In this document: positions 47,291 through 57,935 of the stretch, one piece after another
How positions within the stretch are numbered: the stretch's first letter is position 1
How the letters are laid out: each line of letters starts with the position of its first letter
Assembly (NCBI GenBank): GCA_041665505.1
Contig: JBAYIR010000001.1
Coordinates: 147,108-211,107, forward strand
Direction: 5' to 3'
Length of the DNA: 64,000 bases
Source: Patescibacteria group bacterium
GTDB lineage: Bacteria > Patescibacteriota > Patescibacteriia > UBA1558 > GWA2-36-10
Notes under the pieces: generated by a model
Database searches by the model: none
Told to the model about the DNA's origin: nothing
What the model saw: the letters and a program-made list of their open reading frames with translations, nothing else
Position numbers and translations under genes: made by a program

Positions 47291-47324
47291 CCGCCGCCAC
47301 GTCAGACGTGGCGGCGGTTCTTTT
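47291..47324 (+). terminator. Intrinsic terminator
   Basis: ccgccgccacgt-cag-acgtggcggcgg followed by ttctttt. Confidence 0.85.
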
Positions 47325-47374
47325 ATTTTACTTATGGGTTGATTTTTAGTCTCAAAAATGGTATTTTATATGTA

Positions 47375-48376
47375 ATGTCACAGGTATATAAGTGGCCTAT
47401 TTATGGTCATAAAAAGCAGTTAGAATTTTTACAAGAAACTATTAGTCAAGACAAATTGGCTAATACTTATTTATTTTATGGTCCAGCTGGTTTGGGTAAG
47501 AAAACAATTGTGGATTATTTTGTTAAAAGTACTTTTTGTCTTGATGATAAAGTCAGACCTTGTGAAAAATGTGAACATTGTCAGATGATAAATCGTGGTA
47601 TTTTTTTGGATATTTATAAGGTCGGACATAGAGAAGATTTGAGCGTGGATAATATTCGGAATTTTTTACATAAAATAGCTATGTCCAATTTTAGCGGGCA
47701 TAGAAAAATAGCTATTGTCTACGGGGCAGAAGCCATTAATCTTTTTAGTGCCAATGCTTTGCTAAAAACTTTAGAAGAGCCGCCAGCTAATACTACTATT
47801 ATATTGATTGCCAATTCGGTTGTTAATTTGCCAGCTACTATTATGTCTAGAGCCCAACTTATAAAGTTTAAGGCTTTAACTAAAACGGATATGACGGCAT
47901 GGTTAAAAAATTATGATTTTTCAGCCAAAGAAAAAGAAACAATAATTAATCTTTCTTTTGGTCGCCCGGGTTTGGCTTTAAAACTGATGTCCGATAATAT
48001 GGAACAATTCAAAAAAAATTCCAATTTTATACTCAAGATGTTAGCGGGTGGAACTTTTTATTATATGCAGGCGCTTGATAAGTGGTTTGCTATATTAAAA
48101 AAAGAATATCCAGCTTATAAATTGTATGAGCTAGGTAATTTAACCAAAGAATATTTAGACTTGCTGGAACTATTTTTGAGAGATATTTTATGGACCAAAC
48201 TTAATCGGTCTATAATTAATGAAATTTACGATCAAGAAATAAAGGAATTAGCTAAAAGTTTAGATAAACAAAGTTTAATAGATAATTTGTTGTCACTAAA
48301 TAAAGCTAAAGAGAAATTAAATTATAATATATCACCACAGTTAGTGTGGGAAAATTTATTTTTAAGTATTAAATAA
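47375..48376 (+). CDS. holB: DNA polymerase III delta' subunit
   Basis: YLFYGPAGLGK, CEKCEHC, ANALLKTLEEP, TIMSR. Confidence 0.9.
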   Translation: MSQVYKWPIYGHKKQLEFLQETISQDKLANTYLFYGPAGLGKKTIVDYFVKSTFCLDDKVRPCEKCEHCQMINRGIFLDIYKVGHREDLSVDNIRNFLHKIAMSNFSGHRKIAIVYGAEAINLFSANALLKTLEEPPANTTIILIANSVVNLPATIMSRAQLIKFKALTKTDMTAWLKNYDFSAKEKETIINLSFGRPGLALKLMSDNMEQFKKNSNFILKMLAGGTFYYMQALDKWFAILKKEYPAYKLYELGNLTKEYLDLLELFLRDILWTKLNRSIINEIYDQEIKELAKSLDKQSLIDNLLSLNKAKEKLNYNISPQLVWENLFLSIK

Positions 48377-48380
48377 AAAT

Positions 48381-49709
48381 ATGCCAAAACAAAAATTATC
48401 AGTTTTACTTCTTATCTTGCCATTATTTTTATCAGGTTGTATTAGCTTGTCTAATAAATCAAAAGGACCAGCCGCAGAACTGACCGGTGGATTTTTTAGA
48501 AGTGATAATTTAGGAGCCACTTGGAGTAAAATGAATACCATTTATACATTAGGTAACCAAGTAGCTACTTTTGATGCCTCCAGTGTGACGGTTATGACTT
48601 ATGATCCTTTGGATGACAGCGCTATTTATTTGGGTACTTTGCATGATGGTATATTTTATAGCTATGATTATGGTGAAGGCTGGACCAGAACTTTAGCAGG
48701 CTTAGGCACAGTCAATGATATCGCGGTTGACCCAGAGGTGAATTGCACTATTTTTGCCGCCGTACACAATGCTATTTATAAAACTACTGATTGTTCACGC
48801 TCTTGGGATAAAGTTTATTTTGAACCCAGTCCAGGCATATATATTTCTTCTTTAGCTATTAGTTATTATGATAATAATATAGTTTTTGCTGGTACTTCAA
48901 AAGGATCACTTTTGCGTAGTGAGGATTATGGGGCTAGTTGGGACGCTAGCAAGCGTTTTGAAGATAATGTCAAAAATATTTTTGTCGTTGAAGATGAAGC
49001 TAGTCGAGTAGTTTATTCTGTCACAGAAAATTTGGGTATTTTTAGAAGCCCAGATGATGGTCTAACTTGGAAAAATCTTTTAGATTATCGTGTCGATAGA
49101 ACGGAAGTAGATGAAGATATAACATTTAAAGAATTTCTAGCCGCTAGAGAAGCAGAAAAATTTTTGTTGACTTGCCAGCTTTTAACCAGGGAAGAAAGTG
49201 CGGAGATTATTCAAGGTGTTGATGATGCTACTAGACAAAATGAACTATTAAAAAGTGCTCAAGAAGAAAAAAATAGGCAAACTTGTGAAGCTTTGACTAC
49301 GCAAGAAATAAGAAATTTTGAAATTGAAAGTAAATATTTGAAGTTAGCTCAAGTGAGAGGAGCAGCCACAGTGATCACAGCTAGCTTGGATAGGAGTGTG
49401 GCTGATGCGCTTATTTATGCCAACAACGGCTCTATTTATAGGTTAATAGAAGATAAATATGGACCAATGTGGAAGCAAATAAAACTATTAACACCACCAA
49501 ATAGCTATGAAGCCATTTTCTCAGTTTTAGTCAATCCAAAAAATACTAATGAACTATTTTATGGCACCTCAGCTGCTCTTTATCATTCAATAGACAATGG
49601 TGCTAATTGGAGTATTAGTGATTTACCAACCAATCATAGCGCCCGTTCCTTGTCTTTTTCTAGGGATAATAGATTTTTATATCTCGGGGCTTATCAAATT
49701 CAACAATAA
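48381..49709 (+). CDS. Lipoprotein with Asp-box (BNR) beta-propeller
   Basis: Lipobox LSGC; repeated SxDxGxxW motifs. Confidence 0.85.
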   Translation: MPKQKLSVLLLILPLFLSGCISLSNKSKGPAAELTGGFFRSDNLGATWSKMNTIYTLGNQVATFDASSVTVMTYDPLDDSAIYLGTLHDGIFYSYDYGEGWTRTLAGLGTVNDIAVDPEVNCTIFAAVHNAIYKTTDCSRSWDKVYFEPSPGIYISSLAISYYDNNIVFAGTSKGSLLRSEDYGASWDASKRFEDNVKNIFVVEDEASRVVYSVTENLGIFRSPDDGLTWKNLLDYRVDRTEVDEDITFKEFLAAREAEKFLLTCQLLTREESAEIIQGVDDATRQNELLKSAQEEKNRQTCEALTTQEIRNFEIESKYLKLAQVRGAATVITASLDRSVADALIYANNGSIYRLIEDKYGPMWKQIKLLTPPNSYEAIFSVLVNPKNTNELFYGTSAALYHSIDNGANWSISDLPTNHSARSLSFSRDNRFLYLGAYQIQQ

Positions 49710-49725
49710 AGATAACTATAAGCAT

Positions 49726-50280
49726 ATGAATAATTTAATAGAAAATCATCTCAGTCAATTTGAAAAAACAATTAGTTTTTTTCAAGAAGATATTTCTTCT
49801 CTTAGGACAGGTAGGATATCACCAGCTTTAGTAGAAAATATACTAGTGGAGAGCTATGGTACTAGCTCTGAGCTTTTGCAATTAGCGTCTATTACTACTC
49901 CTGAACCACAAAGTATAATCATCAAACCTTGGGATAGAAGTATTTTGGCTAATATAGAAAAAGCTTTAAATAAAGCTGATTTAAACGTTAATCCAATAGT
50001 TGATGGGGATTTAGTTCGATTAAATTTTCCATCACTGACTGAGGAATCTCGCAAGGAATTAGTAAAAATTTTACATAGAAAAGCTGAGGAGTCTCGGGTT
50101 ACTTTAAAAAATAATCGTGAAAAAGTGAAAGAGACAATTATCTCTATGGAAAAAACTAAACAAATTTCGGAAGATGAAAAATTTAATGCTTTAAAAGACT
50201 TAGATGAGTTAATTAAGCAATACAATGAAAAAATAAAACAGATTAGTGATAATAAAGAAAAAGAAATAATGACAATTTAA
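49726..50280 (+). CDS. frr: Ribosome recycling factor
   Basis: LRTGRISP, IKPWD, PSLTEESRKELVK. Confidence 0.95.
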   Translation: MNNLIENHLSQFEKTISFFQEDISSLRTGRISPALVENILVESYGTSSELLQLASITTPEPQSIIIKPWDRSILANIEKALNKADLNVNPIVDGDLVRLNFPSLTEESRKELVKILHRKAEESRVTLKNNREKVKETIISMEKTKQISEDEKFNALKDLDELIKQYNEKIKQISDNKEKEIMTI

Positions 50281-50283
50281 TTT

Positions 50284-51393
50284 ATGGAAACAGCTATTAT
50301 ATTTATTTTAATTTTAGGCCTTTTGGTCCTAGTCCATGAACTAGGACACTTTGTTAGCGCTGTAAAATTAGGGGTTGATGTCGAGGAATTTGCCATTGGT
50401 TTTCCACCCAAGATCTTTGCTTGGAAAAGAAAGGGGATTAAATATTCTATTAATTGGATACCAATGGGTGGTTTTGTAAAAATAAAAGGTGAACAAGGTG
50501 AAGGTCTTGATGATCCTAGAAGTTTCATTAATCAGCCAGCTTGGAAAAAATTGATTATAGTGTCAGCTGGGGTCTTGATGAATTTTGTTTTAGCTTTTGT
50601 TTTGTTATCAGTGGTGTTTATGCTTGGTTTTCCTCAAGAGCTTAGTAAGGATATGGGAGATAAAAATATCCGGGATAAAAATGTGGTTATTTTACAAGTG
50701 GCCAAAGGAAGCCCAGCTAATAAAGTTGGTTTAGAAATTGGGGATAAAATATTAGAGGTCAACGGGCAGTCTTTTGATAATTATGAAGAAGTTTATGCCC
50801 AATTGGAGTTTTTAAGAGGAGAAAATATAGAGTTGTCAGTCTTAAAAACCGATAATCAAAAAATGACTTACAATCTAAAACATGAAAAATTAGAAGGATA
50901 TGATGAGTCGATGTTGGGAGTAGGTATTAGTGAGACGGGAATTGTAGATTATGGGTTTTTTGGTAGTATTAGCCAAGGATTTAAAGTAACTATTTCTATG
51001 ATAACTGGTATTATTAAGGCTCTTTATCATTTGATTGCTGATCTTATCACCAGAGGCAAATTGGCTGAGGGTTTTGGTGGGCCGCTAGCTGTAGCTGCAG
51101 TAACTGGTGATGTTGTAAAACTTGGTTTTATAAATATTGTTTATTTTGCCGCTATACTGTCTATAAATTTAGGAGTGATAAATTTTTTCCCATTTCCAGC
51201 TTTAGATGGTGGACGGGCCATGTTTATTTTAGCTCAAGCTGCTACTCGTAAAAAATTAAATGAAAAAGTGGAAGCTTGGATACATAATAGTGGTTTTATT
51301 ATTTTAGTAACTATTCTAATAGCCGTGACCTTAAGGGATTTTAAAATTTATGGACCTAGTATTTGGACAGCTATCAAATCTTGGTTTATATAA
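50284..51393 (+). CDS. rseP: Site-2 protease RseP (M50, PDZ)
   Basis: HELGH, NFFPFPALDGG. Confidence 0.93.
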   Translation: METAIIFILILGLLVLVHELGHFVSAVKLGVDVEEFAIGFPPKIFAWKRKGIKYSINWIPMGGFVKIKGEQGEGLDDPRSFINQPAWKKLIIVSAGVLMNFVLAFVLLSVVFMLGFPQELSKDMGDKNIRDKNVVILQVAKGSPANKVGLEIGDKILEVNGQSFDNYEEVYAQLEFLRGENIELSVLKTDNQKMTYNLKHEKLEGYDESMLGVGISETGIVDYGFFGSISQGFKVTISMITGIIKALYHLIADLITRGKLAEGFGGPLAVAAVTGDVVKLGFINIVYFAAILSINLGVINFFPFPALDGGRAMFILAQAATRKKLNEKVEAWIHNSGFIILVTILIAVTLRDFKIYGPSIWTAIKSWFI

Positions 51394-51417
51394 TTAATAA
51401 AGTAAATTTCTAACTGG

Positions 51418-51702
51418 ATGAAATTTTTAATAAACAATAATAAATATAATATATTAGCTTTAACTAGACAAATTGGCTATCACCCGCATAAAAATAAGCA
51501 GAGTTTTTCCAGACGTTTGGACAGTGGCGAATTTCCTCGTTTACATGTCTATATTAAAGAGCTAGACGACGCTTGGGAATTTTCTTTGCATCTTGATCAA
51601 AAAGGCGCTTGCTATGATGGCCAAACTGCTCATAATGGGGATTATGATGGCGAAATTTTAGAGGCAGAAAAAAATCGCATTAGCAATTTATTAAAAGATT
51701 AA
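51418..51702 (+). CDS. Hypothetical protein
   Basis: FPRLHVY..LHLDQK..YDG; sits in an operon. Confidence 0.7.
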   Translation: MKFLINNNKYNILALTRQIGYHPHKNKQSFSRRLDSGEFPRLHVYIKELDDAWEFSLHLDQKGACYDGQTAHNGDYDGEILEAEKNRISNLLKD

Positions 51703-51704
51703 AT

Positions 51705-53168
51705 ATGAATAACAACAATAAAATCACAGCTAGATCAGAAGATTATTCTAAGTGGTATCTGGATGTTATAGAAGCAGCTGATTTGGCGGAATATGGTCCA
51801 GTTAAGGGTACGATGATCATCAAACCATATGGTTATGCTATTTGGGAGAATATTAAAAATGCTCTAGATAAAAAAATAAAATCTACTGGACATCAAAATA
51901 TGTATTTCCCTTTGTTAATTCCCAAATCTTTTTTTAATAAAGAAGCGTCACATGTTGAGGGTTTCGCCAAAGAGTGTGCAGTAGTTACTCATTATAGATT
52001 AAAAAATGATGGGCAGGGTAATATTGTAGTAGATGAGAGTGCTAAACTAGAAGAGGAATTAATTATACGCCCCACTTCAGAAACTATTATCAATAATAGT
52101 TTCGCACAGTGGGTAAAATCTTGGCGTGATTTGCCAGTTTTGATAAATCAATGGGCCAATGTCATGCGTTGGGAGATGCGCACTAGGCCATTTTTACGTA
52201 CTTCAGAATTTTTATGGCAGGAAGGTCATACCTGTCATATTAGTAAATCAGAAGCTGAAAAGGAAGCCAAAAAAATGCTTAGAGTCTATGTAGATTTGGT
52301 GAAAAATAAATTAGCTATGGATGTAGTATCGGGAAAAAAATCAGACAGTGAAAAATTTGCTGGCGCTCTACATACTTATACTATTGAGGCTATGATGCAA
52401 GACGGCAAAGCTCTCCAATCAGGTACATCTCATAATTTAGGTCAAAATTTTGCCAAAGCTTTTGATATTAAATTTTTGGATAAAGAAAATAATTTTCAAT
52501 ATGTTTGGCAAACTAGCTGGGGAATGAGCACTCGTATTATAGGAGGATTAATAATGACTCATAGTGATGACAAAGGTTTGGTTTTGCCTCCAGAGATAGC
52601 TCCTATTAAAGTAGTTGTGATTCCTATTTTGAAAGAAAAAGAAGATAATACTGAAGTTTTAAATTTTGTCAAAAAATTAAAATTAGGAGTTAGAGAGTCA
52701 GAGATTGATACTAGAAATAATATCAGTACCGGAGTTAAATATAATGAGTGGGAGAAAAAAGGTGTACCGATTAGATTAGAGGTTGGTCAAAGAGAAATGG
52801 ATAATAATTCTGTGATGTTGGTGTGTCGACATAATAGTAGTAAGACTTTGGTAAAAATTAATGATTTAGCCAAAACTATCAAGCACGAATTAAAAGACAT
52901 GCAAGCAGAACTTTATCAAAAAGCTTTAGATTTTAGAATTCAACATACCAAAACTGTAGATACTTGGGAAGAATTTGTCAAAGAAATTGATAATAATAAT
53001 TTTGTTTTGGCTCATTGGGATGGCACAGCGGAGACAGAAAATAAAATTAAAGAAGAAACTAAGGGTACTATACGATGTTTGCCATTTGATCAAAAAATCG
53101 AAAAAGGATTCTGTGTTTATAGCAAAAAACCATCAAAACAAAGAGTTTTATTTGCTAAAGCTTATTAA
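51705..53168 (+). CDS. proS: Proline--tRNA ligase (archaeal/eukaryotic type)
   Basis: [37 protein letters not shown]-terminal FAKAY. Confidence 0.97.
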   Translation: MNNNNKITARSEDYSKWYLDVIEAADLAEYGPVKGTMIIKPYGYAIWENIKNALDKKIKSTGHQNMYFPLLIPKSFFNKEASHVEGFAKECAVVTHYRLKNDGQGNIVVDESAKLEEELIIRPTSETIINNSFAQWVKSWRDLPVLINQWANVMRWEMRTRPFLRTSEFLWQEGHTCHISKSEAEKEAKKMLRVYVDLVKNKLAMDVVSGKKSDSEKFAGALHTYTIEAMMQDGKALQSGTSHNLGQNFAKAFDIKFLDKENNFQYVWQTSWGMSTRIIGGLIMTHSDDKGLVLPPEIAPIKVVVIPILKEKEDNTEVLNFVKKLKLGVRESEIDTRNNISTGVKYNEWEKKGVPIRLEVGQREMDNNSVMLVCRHNSSKTLVKINDLAKTIKHELKDMQAELYQKALDFRIQHTKTVDTWEEFVKEIDNNNFVLAHWDGTAETENKIKEETKGTIRCLPFDQKIEKGFCVYSKKPSKQRVLFAKAY

Positions 53169-53234
53169 AATTTGTATTTGCAAAATTTCTTCAAAAATGG
53201 TAAGACAAGGGGGTATAATTAATAGCTACAGATA

Positions 53235-54287
53235 ATGTTTAAAGGACTTTTTAAAAATTTTTCCAAAGATATTGGTATTGACCTAGGCACGGCCAATATT
53301 TTGGTTTATGTCAAAGATCAGGGTATTGTGATTAATGAGCCTTCTATTGTGGCTATTAACAATCGTACAGAAAAAATTGTGGCTGTGGGTGATGATGCTA
53401 AGGTGATGCTTGGAAAAACTCCTCAGCATATTACAGTTACTAGACCATTAGTTGATGGTATTATCTCTGATTTTGAAGTAACAGAAAAAATGATTAAGCA
53501 TTTTATTGAAAAAGTGCATAAAGAATCATTTACTTTTATGCCTCGGCCTAGAGTAGTGGTTGGTATTCCTTTGGATGTGACTGAAGTAGAAAGAAAAGCC
53601 GTAGAGGACTCTGTGATGGGAGCTGGCGCTTCAGAAGTACTACTAATAGAAGAACCAATGGCGGCAGCGATTGGCGCTGGTTTGCCAATTCAAGAAGCTT
53701 CAGGATCTATGATTGTAGATATTGGTGGTGGCACTACAGAAATTGCTGTAATATCGCTCGGTGGTGTGGTATCTTGGAAATCACTCAAATTGGCCGGCGA
53801 TAAACTCAATGAAGCTATTATCCAATATGCTCGAGATAAATTTAATTTACTTTTAGGAGAACATAGTGCGGAAAAGATAAAAATACAAATAGCTTCTATT
53901 ATTCCGGGTGATAAACCAGTAAAAGCTATTATTCGTGGGCGTGATCTTTTGACTGGTTTGCCCAAAGAGGTCCAAATAACAGACGCTAATATTAGGGAGG
54001 CTATTACTAAACCGATAAAATTGATTATAGAAAATATAAAAACCACTATTGAAAATACGCCACCAGAATTAGTAGCTGATCTTTATGAAAGAGGCATGGT
54101 TTTAACTGGTGGTGGAGCCTTGATTAAAGGCTTGGATGTTTTGATAGCTCAAGAAACTAAAATGCCAGTGCATATTACTGATGAACCGCTAACAGCCGTA
54201 GTCAGAGGCACCGGTAAAGTATTAGATGATTTAGAAAATTTAAGAGAGATATTACTTCCTTCTACCAAAGATTTAGGATTAAGCTAG
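53235..54287 (+). CDS. mreB: Rod shape protein MreB
   Basis: IGIDLGTAN, DIGGGTTE, LTGGGA; first gene of mreBCD. Confidence 0.96.
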   Translation: MFKGLFKNFSKDIGIDLGTANILVYVKDQGIVINEPSIVAINNRTEKIVAVGDDAKVMLGKTPQHITVTRPLVDGIISDFEVTEKMIKHFIEKVHKESFTFMPRPRVVVGIPLDVTEVERKAVEDSVMGAGASEVLLIEEPMAAAIGAGLPIQEASGSMIVDIGGGTTEIAVISLGGVVSWKSLKLAGDKLNEAIIQYARDKFNLLLGEHSAEKIKIQIASIIPGDKPVKAIIRGRDLLTGLPKEVQITDANIREAITKPIKLIIENIKTTIENTPPELVADLYERGMVLTGGGALIKGLDVLIAQETKMPVHITDEPLTAVVRGTGKVLDDLENLREILLPSTKDLGLS

Positions 54288-54299
54288 ATAAGATAGCTG

Positions 54300-55040
54300 A
54301 TGTTAAGAGAAAATTTAAAACTTTTTTTACTTTTTATTAGTATAATTATTTTGTTTGTATTGTTTAAAAACGGACAAATTTTTGATTTGGGTATAATTTT
54401 TAGGCATAGTTTCACACCTAATAAATTTGATACTAAATTACTGCAGCCGCCAGATGATATAGAAGAGGCTTACAAAAATCTTTTGGTAGAGAATAATAAA
54501 CTCAAAGAGCTAGAACAAGAAAATAACGATTTACATCAATTATTGGATTTGAAAAATAAAAATGAATATAGTCTAGCGGTGGTTAATGTCTTGAGTCGTG
54601 ATCCAGCTAATCGCAATATATTAATAATAGATGGGGGCCGTGATAAAAATATAGTTAGTGGCCAAGCCGTAGTAGTTAGTAGCGGTATTATTATAGCTAA
54701 AGTGATAGAGGTAGGTATTGATTCATCTAAAATTCGTCTGTTGACAGATAATTTTTCAAAATTAGCTGTTAAAGTCGGTGATGATAGAAATGTTTCTGGT
54801 ATACTCTCTGGCTCCTTAGGTTTAGTAATGGATCTTAGTTTTATTCCTCAAGAGCAAGAGATAAAAAAAGATGATATTGTAGTCAGTGCTGATATTGATC
54901 CAAAAATTCCACCAGGTTTGGTAGTTGGTAAAATAGAAAATATTGATTTTTCGCAAGAAGAACTTTTTAAAAAAGCTTCTGTTTTACCATTAATTAATTA
55001 TGAAGCTCTAGATACTTTAGCAGTAATTACAATTTTATGA
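54300..55040 (+). CDS. mreC: Rod shape protein MreC
   Basis: TM helix and coiled coil, IIDGG, PPGLVVGKI; synteny. Confidence 0.9.
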   Translation: MLRENLKLFLLFISIIILFVLFKNGQIFDLGIIFRHSFTPNKFDTKLLQPPDDIEEAYKNLLVENNKLKELEQENNDLHQLLDLKNKNEYSLAVVNVLSRDPANRNILIIDGGRDKNIVSGQAVVVSSGIIIAKVIEVGIDSSKIRLLTDNFSKLAVKVGDDRNVSGILSGSLGLVMDLSFIPQEQEIKKDDIVVSADIDPKIPPGLVVGKIENIDFSQEELFKKASVLPLINYEALDTLAVITIL

Positions 55041-55537
55041 GGTATTTATACCTGATATTAATTTTCCTTATAGCTAGTTTTTTATTCTTGCTTCTCAATT
55101 TATATAATAATGGTTGGCAATTACTGCAACCATTTTTAGTCGCCATGTTGTTGGTTTATTTTAATTATAAAAAAGAGTGGGTGCACTATGTGTTTGCTAC
55201 CTTAGCTGGTTTTTTCGTAGATTCATTTACTGGGGTTTTTGGCTTACACGCCATGATATTTGTAATAATTATTTTTATATTAAGTGGTCTACAAACAACT
55301 ATTTTAACTTCTAAAAATATTTTGGCCATAATGTTACTTACTTTATTTTCTTTTATTCTGTTTTGGTTGTTATTTTGGGCTAGTGATTTAATTTTTAATT
55401 TAGACCTTTATACTTTTGATAATACTTTAATAATCCCTACGGCCAAGATGGCAGGCATTGATATATTATTATTTATATTTTGGCATCTTATTTATTATAA
55501 TTTTTGGTTGAAGAAGCATGAAAAACAATCCTTTTAA
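55037..55537 (+). CDS. mreD: MreD-like membrane protein
   Basis: Hydrophobic, GFFVDSF; between mreC and PBP2. Confidence 0.75.
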   Translation: MRYLYLILIFLIASFLFLLLNLYNNGWQLLQPFLVAMLLVYFNYKKEWVHYVFATLAGFFVDSFTGVFGLHAMIFVIIIFILSGLQTTILTSKNILAIMLLTLFSFILFWLLFWASDLIFNLDLYTFDNTLIIPTAKMAGIDILLFIFWHLIYYNFWLKKHEKQSF

Positions 55538-57422
55538 AATCCAAGAAGGTCAAATACGCGACTCCAATATTGGTGATTTTATTAAACAAAAAAAGAGTGG
55601 TGATTATTTAGATTTTGGTTTGGTAGCCAAAACTCAGCAATTAGGTAGATTTTTTGAGGATAGGAAAATAAGGGGTTTATTTTTTCTTTTTGCCTTTTTT
55701 TTGATGGTATTATTTAGTCGATCTTTTTATTTACAGGCTGTTAAAGGTAGTTATTTTAGAAACGTAGCCGAAGGTAATCGTATTAGATCAGATGTTATTA
55801 AAGCTAATCGAGGTTTGATGTATGATCGTTTTGGTGGGTTACTAGTAAAAAATATTTCTTATTTTTTTCTTTACGTTGACACTACTATATTGCCAACAGA
55901 TGAATTATTAAAACAAGATTTGTTTAACAAATTGGCTAATATTTTAGAAATTCCCAAAGTGGAGTTAGAAGGAAGAATTTTTAATGAGCAGACTAGTTTG
56001 GGTAAGGTATTGGTGTATGAAAATTTGCCTTATGAGTTGGCTATGAAATTAATAATTTTTTCAGAAAATCAGCCTAGTATTAATGTGGCCTACGAGCCTC
56101 GCAGACAATATTTCACCAATTTGGGTATGGGGCATTCATTGGGTTATTTAGGGGTTATAACTGAAGAAGATATAAAAAATAGAAAATATAATTATCATGA
56201 TAGGATTGGTAAGACCGGCTTGGAATTTATATATGAAGATATTCTTAAAGGTCAAGATGGTGTCAGACAAGTTGAAGTAGATGCTTTATTTAGAGAGAAA
56301 AATATTTTATCTATGGTTGAGCCGGTAGATGGTTCAGATCTGGTTTTGACTATAGACGCCAAAGCCCAAGAAAAATTGTTTAGTATTATGCAGAAAAATG
56401 CCGAGCAACATGATAAAAAAAAGATGTCGGCGGTAGTACTTGATGCCAAAGATGGTGGAGTATTAGCTATGGTTAGCTTGCCAAACTATGATAATAATAT
56501 GTTTACTACAGTTTTAAATAAAGATGAATATAAAAATATTATCGAGGATGAGGATTTACCATTACTTAATAGAGTTATATCGGGGACTTACCCTATGGGT
56601 TCGGTATTTAAACTAGTAATGGCTTCGGCTGCTTTAGAAGAAAAAATTATTGATACTAATTTTACAGTCAATAGTACTGGAGGGGTACAAGTCGGGGCTA
56701 ATTTTTTCCCAGATTGGCGTCCAGGTGGACACGGTCTGACCAATATATATTGGGCCCTAGCTGATTCGGTTAACACATTTTTTTATTCTATTGGTGGTGG
56801 TAATAATCAATGGTTAAATTTGGGCCTAGGAGCTGATAAAATTGTAGAATATGCTAAAAAATTTGGTCTAGGAGAGCCAACAGATATTGATTTACCTGCC
56901 GAAGCCAAGGGTTTCCTTCCTTCTAAGGAGTGGAAAGAAAGTACTTTTGGTGAAAGATGGTATTTGGGGGATACTTATAACTTATCTATTGGACAGGGAT
57001 TTTTGTTAGCTACACCACTGCAAGCGGCCACACTGATGTCTTATTTCGCTAATAATGGTCAAGTTTATACTCCTCATTTTATTAAAGAAACAAAAAATGG
57101 GGATAGGGTAGATATTTACCAGCCAAGACCACTTTTGACTAATGTCGTATCATCTGATAATTTAAATATTGTCAGGAGGGGACTGCGTATGACAATCACC
57201 GATGGTACAGCTAAGAGTCTACAGTCAGTAGCAGTCGATGTAGCCGGAAAAACTGGTACGGCTCAGTTTAATAAAAATAAAACGCCACATTCGTGGATGG
57301 CCGCCTTTGCTCCTTATGAAGATGCTAAGATTGTAACAGCCGTGATAGTAGAAGAGGGTGGGGATATTGGTTTGGCGGTCACTATTACTAGAGAGTTTAT
57401 GGAGTGGTATTTTTCTCAATAA
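55518..57422 (+). CDS. mrdA: Penicillin-binding protein 2
   Basis: RGLMYDR, GKTGLE, GSVFK (SxxK), SVN, KTG. Confidence 0.95.
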   Translation: MKNNPFKIQEGQIRDSNIGDFIKQKKSGDYLDFGLVAKTQQLGRFFEDRKIRGLFFLFAFFLMVLFSRSFYLQAVKGSYFRNVAEGNRIRSDVIKANRGLMYDRFGGLLVKNISYFFLYVDTTILPTDELLKQDLFNKLANILEIPKVELEGRIFNEQTSLGKVLVYENLPYELAMKLIIFSENQPSINVAYEPRRQYFTNLGMGHSLGYLGVITEEDIKNRKYNYHDRIGKTGLEFIYEDILKGQDGVRQVEVDALFREKNILSMVEPVDGSDLVLTIDAKAQEKLFSIMQKNAEQHDKKKMSAVVLDAKDGGVLAMVSLPNYDNNMFTTVLNKDEYKNIIEDEDLPLLNRVISGTYPMGSVFKLVMASAALEEKIIDTNFTVNSTGGVQVGANFFPDWRPGGHGLTNIYWALADSVNTFFYSIGGGNNQWLNLGLGADKIVEYAKKFGLGEPTDIDLPAEAKGFLPSKEWKESTFGERWYLGDTYNLSIGQGFLLATPLQAATLMSYFANNGQVYTPHFIKETKNGDRVDIYQPRPLLTNVVSSDNLNIVRRGLRMTITDGTAKSLQSVAVDVAGKTGTAQFNKNKTPHSWMAAFAPYEDAKIVTAVIVEEGGDIGLAVTITREFMEWYFSQ

Positions 57423-57470
57423 TCTGGTAAGATTTAATTTGCTAATAATTTTGAATAAAAACAATTGGTT

Positions 57471-57929
57471 ATGGATAATAAAGTTTTAACTAATGAGGGT
57501 CTAAGTAAACTCAAAGATGAATTAGAGCATCTGAAGAATGAAAAAAGACCTCAAGTATCTGAGCGAATAAAATCAGCCAAGGAATTGGGTGATTTATCAG
57601 AAAATGCTGAATATCAAGAAGCTAAAGAAGAACAATCTTTTGTCGAAGGTCGTATTTTAGAATTGGAATATTTAATTAAGACATCTTCTATAGTTGAGAA
57701 AGGTAAAAATAATGGTAAAGTACAGGTTGGTTGCCAAGTAAAAATTGATAAGGATGGTCAGATTATGTCTTTTACTATTGTTGGTAGCACCGAGGCTGAC
57801 CCAGCTCAAGGTAAAATTTCATTGGAGTCACCATTTGGTGACGCTTTAATGGGTAAATCAGTCAATGATGAAGTAGAAATAAATTTACCTAGTGGCAAAA
57901 TAAAATGTAGGATTTTAGAAATTCAATAA
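57471..57929 (+). CDS. greA: Transcription elongation factor GreA
   Basis: GDLSENAEY, ISLESPFG. Confidence 0.96.
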   Translation: MDNKVLTNEGLSKLKDELEHLKNEKRPQVSERIKSAKELGDLSENAEYQEAKEEQSFVEGRILELEYLIKTSSIVEKGKNNGKVQVGCQVKIDKDGQIMSFTIVGSTEADPAQGKISLESPFGDALMGKSVNDEVEINLPSGKIKCRILEIQ

Positions 57930-57935
57930 GTAAAA

